Of a stretch of DNA of 64,000 nt, positions 61,614 through 64,000 are shown piece by piece; position 1 is the stretch's first letter; each line of letters starts with the position of its first letter. Location of the stretch: the NCBI GenBank assembly GCA_028877275.1, contig JAPPFP010000010.1, positions 67,640-131,639 of the forward strand, in the 5' to 3' direction. The DNA is from Acidobacteriota bacterium (GTDB lineage Bacteria > Acidobacteriota > Thermoanaerobaculia > Multivoradales > Multivoraceae). The notes below the pieces were generated by a model. It saw only the letters and a list, made by a program, of their open reading frames with translations, searched no databases and had not been told where the DNA came from. A program made the position numbers and the translations under genes.

Positions 61614-62974
61614 ACAGTACAGACCAGCCGCTGCGCATCGCCTATCTGGCCGCCGGCGCCGGCGGCATGCTCTGCGGCAGTTGCATCCACGACAACACGC
61701 TGGTCCGGGAACTCCAGCACCGCGGGCACAACGCGCTGCTGCTGCCCATCTACACGCCGCTCCGGACCGACGAGGAGAACGTGAGCTACGGCCGTGTCTT
61801 CTACGGCGCGGTCAACATCTATCTGGAGCAGAAGCTGCCGCTTTGGAGCCGGGCGCCGGCGGCGATCCGCCGGTTGTTGGACAACCCCGGCCTGCTGTCA
61901 CGGGTCACCCGTTCGGCGTCGGCCACCGACGCTCACCAGCTTGGAGAACTCGCGTTGTCCATGGTGCGGGGCGAGGAGGGGCGTCAACTGGCGGAGCTTC
62001 AGAGCCTCACGAGATGGCTCGCCGGAGAGTTCCGGCCCGACGTCGTCCACCTGACGAACTCGATGCTGGTGGGGATGGTCCACCGTCTCCGTGAGGCGCT
62101 TCCGGAGGCGCTGATCGTCTGCGGCCTCCAGGGCGAGGACATCTTCCTCCAGGACCTGGACGAGCCGCACAAGTCCCTGGTGGTCGAAGAGATGCGGAAG
62201 CGGGTGCGCGAGGTCGACGTCCTGGTGGCGCCGAACGATTACTACGCGGCGACGATGGCTGAACTGCTCGAGTTACCCGCGGCCGGCATCGACGTCGCGC
62301 GCCTCGGAATCGAGCTCGAGGGGCACGGCGGCCGCGAGATGGAGCCGCCGGAGTCGCCCCTTGTCATCGGCTACCTGGCGCGGATGTGCCCGGAGAAGGG
62401 ATTTCATCTCGCCGCCGAGGCCTTCAAGACGTTGAGCGACCGGCTGGGGACGGGTCATGTCCGCTTCCGTGCCGCCGGCTATCTCGGCGGCCGCGATCGG
62501 AAGTACTTCGAGGAGCAGCGGCAACGGATCGCCGATTGGGGTCTCGAGCCCCACTTCGACTGGCTGGGAGAGGTCACCCGCGAGGAGAAGATCGAGCTGC
62601 TGTGCAGCCTGCACGCCCTCGTGTTGCCGACGGTCTATCGCGAGGCGAAGGGACTGCCGGCGCTCGAGGCGATGGCGAACGGCGTCCCGGCGGTGCTGCC
62701 CGACCACGGTGCGTTTCCGGAGATGCTGGAGCGGACCGGCGGGGGCACGCTGGTGCCGGCCGGCGATCCGGCAGCATTGGCGGACGCCGTCGAACAGTTG
62801 GCTGGCGACGCCGAACGACGGCGCCACCTGGGTCGGTCCGGCATCGCCGGCGTGCGCCGCCACTACGCGGCGGAGCTGATGGCAACGGAGACGCTCGCCT
62901 CGTACCGGCGCGGACTGGCCCGGAGCGAGAGCGGCGGCGCCGGGCCGGCGCTAGCATCGGCCGGTCATGGCTGA
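61610..62974 (+). CDS. GT4-family glycosyltransferase
   Basis: GTG start overlapping the symporter stop (GTGA). This is the 3' in-frame part of artefactual ORF 60059..62974. A C-terminal GT-B domain with the EX7E region (EAKGLPALEAMANGVPAV). Confidence 0.7.
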   Translation: MNSTDQPLRIAYLAAGAGGMLCGSCIHDNTLVRELQHRGHNALLLPIYTPLRTDEENVSYGRVFYGAVNIYLEQKLPLWSRAPAAIRRLLDNPGLLSRVTRSASATDAHQLGELALSMVRGEEGRQLAELQSLTRWLAGEFRPDVVHLTNSMLVGMVHRLREALPEALIVCGLQGEDIFLQDLDEPHKSLVVEEMRKRVREVDVLVAPNDYYAATMAELLELPAAGIDVARLGIELEGHGGREMEPPESPLVIGYLARMCPEKGFHLAAEAFKTLSDRLGTGHVRFRAAGYLGGRDRKYFEEQRQRIADWGLEPHFDWLGEVTREEKIELLCSLHALVLPTVYREAKGLPALEAMANGVPAVLPDHGAFPEMLERTGGGTLVPAGDPAALADAVEQLAGDAERRRHLGRSGIAGVRRHYAAELMATETLASYRRGLARSESGGAGPALASAGHG

Positions 62975-63668
62975 GGCCCTTCGCTTCGAGCAGGTCACGA
63001 AGTCCTACGGCACCGAGGCTGGCGCCGTCGAGGTGCTGCGGGGCATCTCCTTCTCCCTCGACACGGGAGAGGCGATGGCGGTCACCGGTCCGTCGGGCAG
63101 CGGCAAGAGCACCCTGCTGCATCTTGCCGCGACGCTCGAGACACCGACCTCGGGCAGCATCCGGATCGGCGGTGAGGCGGCCCACGACCTGCCCGAACGC
63201 GAGCTGGCGGCGTTCAGGAGCCGCCGCGTCGGCCTGGTGTTCCAGGATCACTACCTGCTGCCGCAGTACACGATGTTGCAGAACGTCCTGCTGCCCACCG
63301 TGGCCGCCGGGAACGGAGAGAACGACGCGGAAGGACGCGCGCGGGCGCTGCTGGAGCGGGTTGGCTTGGGGGCCCGCGTCGATCATCGGCCGGCCCAGTT
63401 GTCGGGTGGTGAGCGGCAGCGGGCCGCGATCGTGCGCGCGGTGATCAACCGGCCGAGCCTGCTCCTGTGCGACGAGCCCACGGGCAACCTGGACGGGGAG
63501 ACGGCGGGGTCGGTGGCCGACCTGCTGCTCGAACTCCACGGCGACGAGGAGAGCGCTCTGATCGTCGTGACGCACAGTCTGGAACTGGCCGCGAGGTTGC
63601 CGCGGCGGGTGGAGCTGCGCGCCGGCCTGATCAGGGAACTGCCGCCCGCGCAGGCGACCGGAGGCTGA
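62967..63668 (+). CDS. ABC transporter ATP-binding protein (LolD/MacB-type)
   Basis: 233 aa. Walker A (GPSGSGKST), LSGGERQR, Walker B (LLLCDEPTGNLD). Overlaps the GT4 stop by 8 nt. Confidence 0.85.
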   Translation: MAEALRFEQVTKSYGTEAGAVEVLRGISFSLDTGEAMAVTGPSGSGKSTLLHLAATLETPTSGSIRIGGEAAHDLPERELAAFRSRRVGLVFQDHYLLPQYTMLQNVLLPTVAAGNGENDAEGRARALLERVGLGARVDHRPAQLSGGERQRAAIVRAVINRPSLLLCDEPTGNLDGETAGSVADLLLELHGDEESALIVVTHSLELAARLPRRVELRAGLIRELPPAQATGG

Positions 63669-63672
63669 CGGG

Positions 63673-64000
63673 ATGCCCGCTGCTCGCCCGTCCGGCCCCC
63701 TGCCGAGTCTTCGCCACTACTGGCGCTCGAACGTCGCCGTCGTGCTGACCGCGGCGGTCGCGGCCTCCGTGCTGACCGGCGCCCTGATGGTGGGTGACTC
63801 GGTGCGGGGAAGTCTGCGCGAGCTCACGCTCGACCGCCTGGGAGGCATCGATCACGCCCTCCTCGGAGCCGGTTTCTTCCGCGAAGAACTGCGGGACGAA
63901 CTGGCCGGCGACGACGCGTTCACGGCCCGCTACGGTCCGGTGTCGGCAGCGATCCTGATGCAGGGCAGCGTGGTGGAACCCGGGAGCGGCAGGCGCGCCG
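63673..64000 (+). CDS. ABC transporter permease (FtsX/MacB-like), N-terminal part, truncated by window end
   Basis: Starts 5 nt after the ATPase stop. An N-terminal TM segment (VVLTAAVAASVLTGALMV) is followed by a periplasmic-domain start typical of MacB/LolCE permeases. Confidence 0.65.
   Translation, partial: MPAARPSGPLPSLRHYWRSNVAVVLTAAVAASVLTGALMVGDSVRGSLRELTLDRLGGIDHALLGAGFFREELRDELAGDDAFTARYGPVSAAILMQGSVVEPGSGRRA

Noticed and set aside
60059-62974. 971-aa plus-strand ORF spanning the symporter region and glycosyltransferase
   Set aside because: The 5' part is an Arg/Pro-rich alternative frame of the SSS transporter gene. Only 61610-62974 (GTG start overlapping the symporter stop) encodes the GT4 protein.

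Overview
This 64-kb window is high-GC (about 70%), densely coding bacterial chromosome, almost certainly from a Gram-negative organism: it carries three TonB-dependent receptors, several lipoproteins and many Sec-signal proteins. The gene content (three F420/FMN luciferase-like oxidoreductases, two family-III CoA-transferases, an alpha/beta acyl-CoA dehydrogenase pair, a sulfatase, DUF1080, DUF5916, Sortilin/BNR and PQQ-like beta-propellers) resembles marine or soil Gemmatimonadota, Acidobacteriota or similar oligotrophs. This is an inference from content, not a database hit. I found no rRNA, tRNA, CRISPR array, transposase or integrase. Housekeeping genes recognised with high confidence are gshB (partial), chaC, clpS-clpA, prfC, rnhA, recQ and hemN. 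There is a scattered glutathione-metabolism theme: gshB, chaC, a gamma-glutamyltransferase and a GST. The most unusual region is 23.8-32.6 kb. Two co-oriented, closely related TonB-dependent receptors of about 1020 aa each carry a His/acidic-rich N-terminal extension. They bracket a small Cys-rich lipoprotein, a lower-GC VapBC toxin-antitoxin pair and a secreted CHAT-like protein whose caspase-like dyad appears mutated. A second candidate system is a tightly coupled plus-strand gene string at 58.6-64 kb: a PltA-like flavin-dependent halogenase (WxWxIP and FxxPxxSxG motifs present), a small membrane protein, a sodium:solute symporter, a GT4 glycosyltransferase and a MacB/LolD-type ABC exporter. 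Other oddities are a tandem-duplicated RNase HI whose second domain has lost the catalytic acids, a ClpS with a Gly/Asp-rich acidic tail, a sulfatase fused to HEAT repeats, three secreted PQQ-like beta-propellers interleaved with an Fe-alcohol dehydrogenase and hemN, and a roughly 150-bp element with 22-bp terminal inverted repeats in a convergent intergenic gap. Many long ORFs in the six-frame track are GC-frame artefacts (Arg/Gly/Pro-rich, antisense to real genes) and were rejected.
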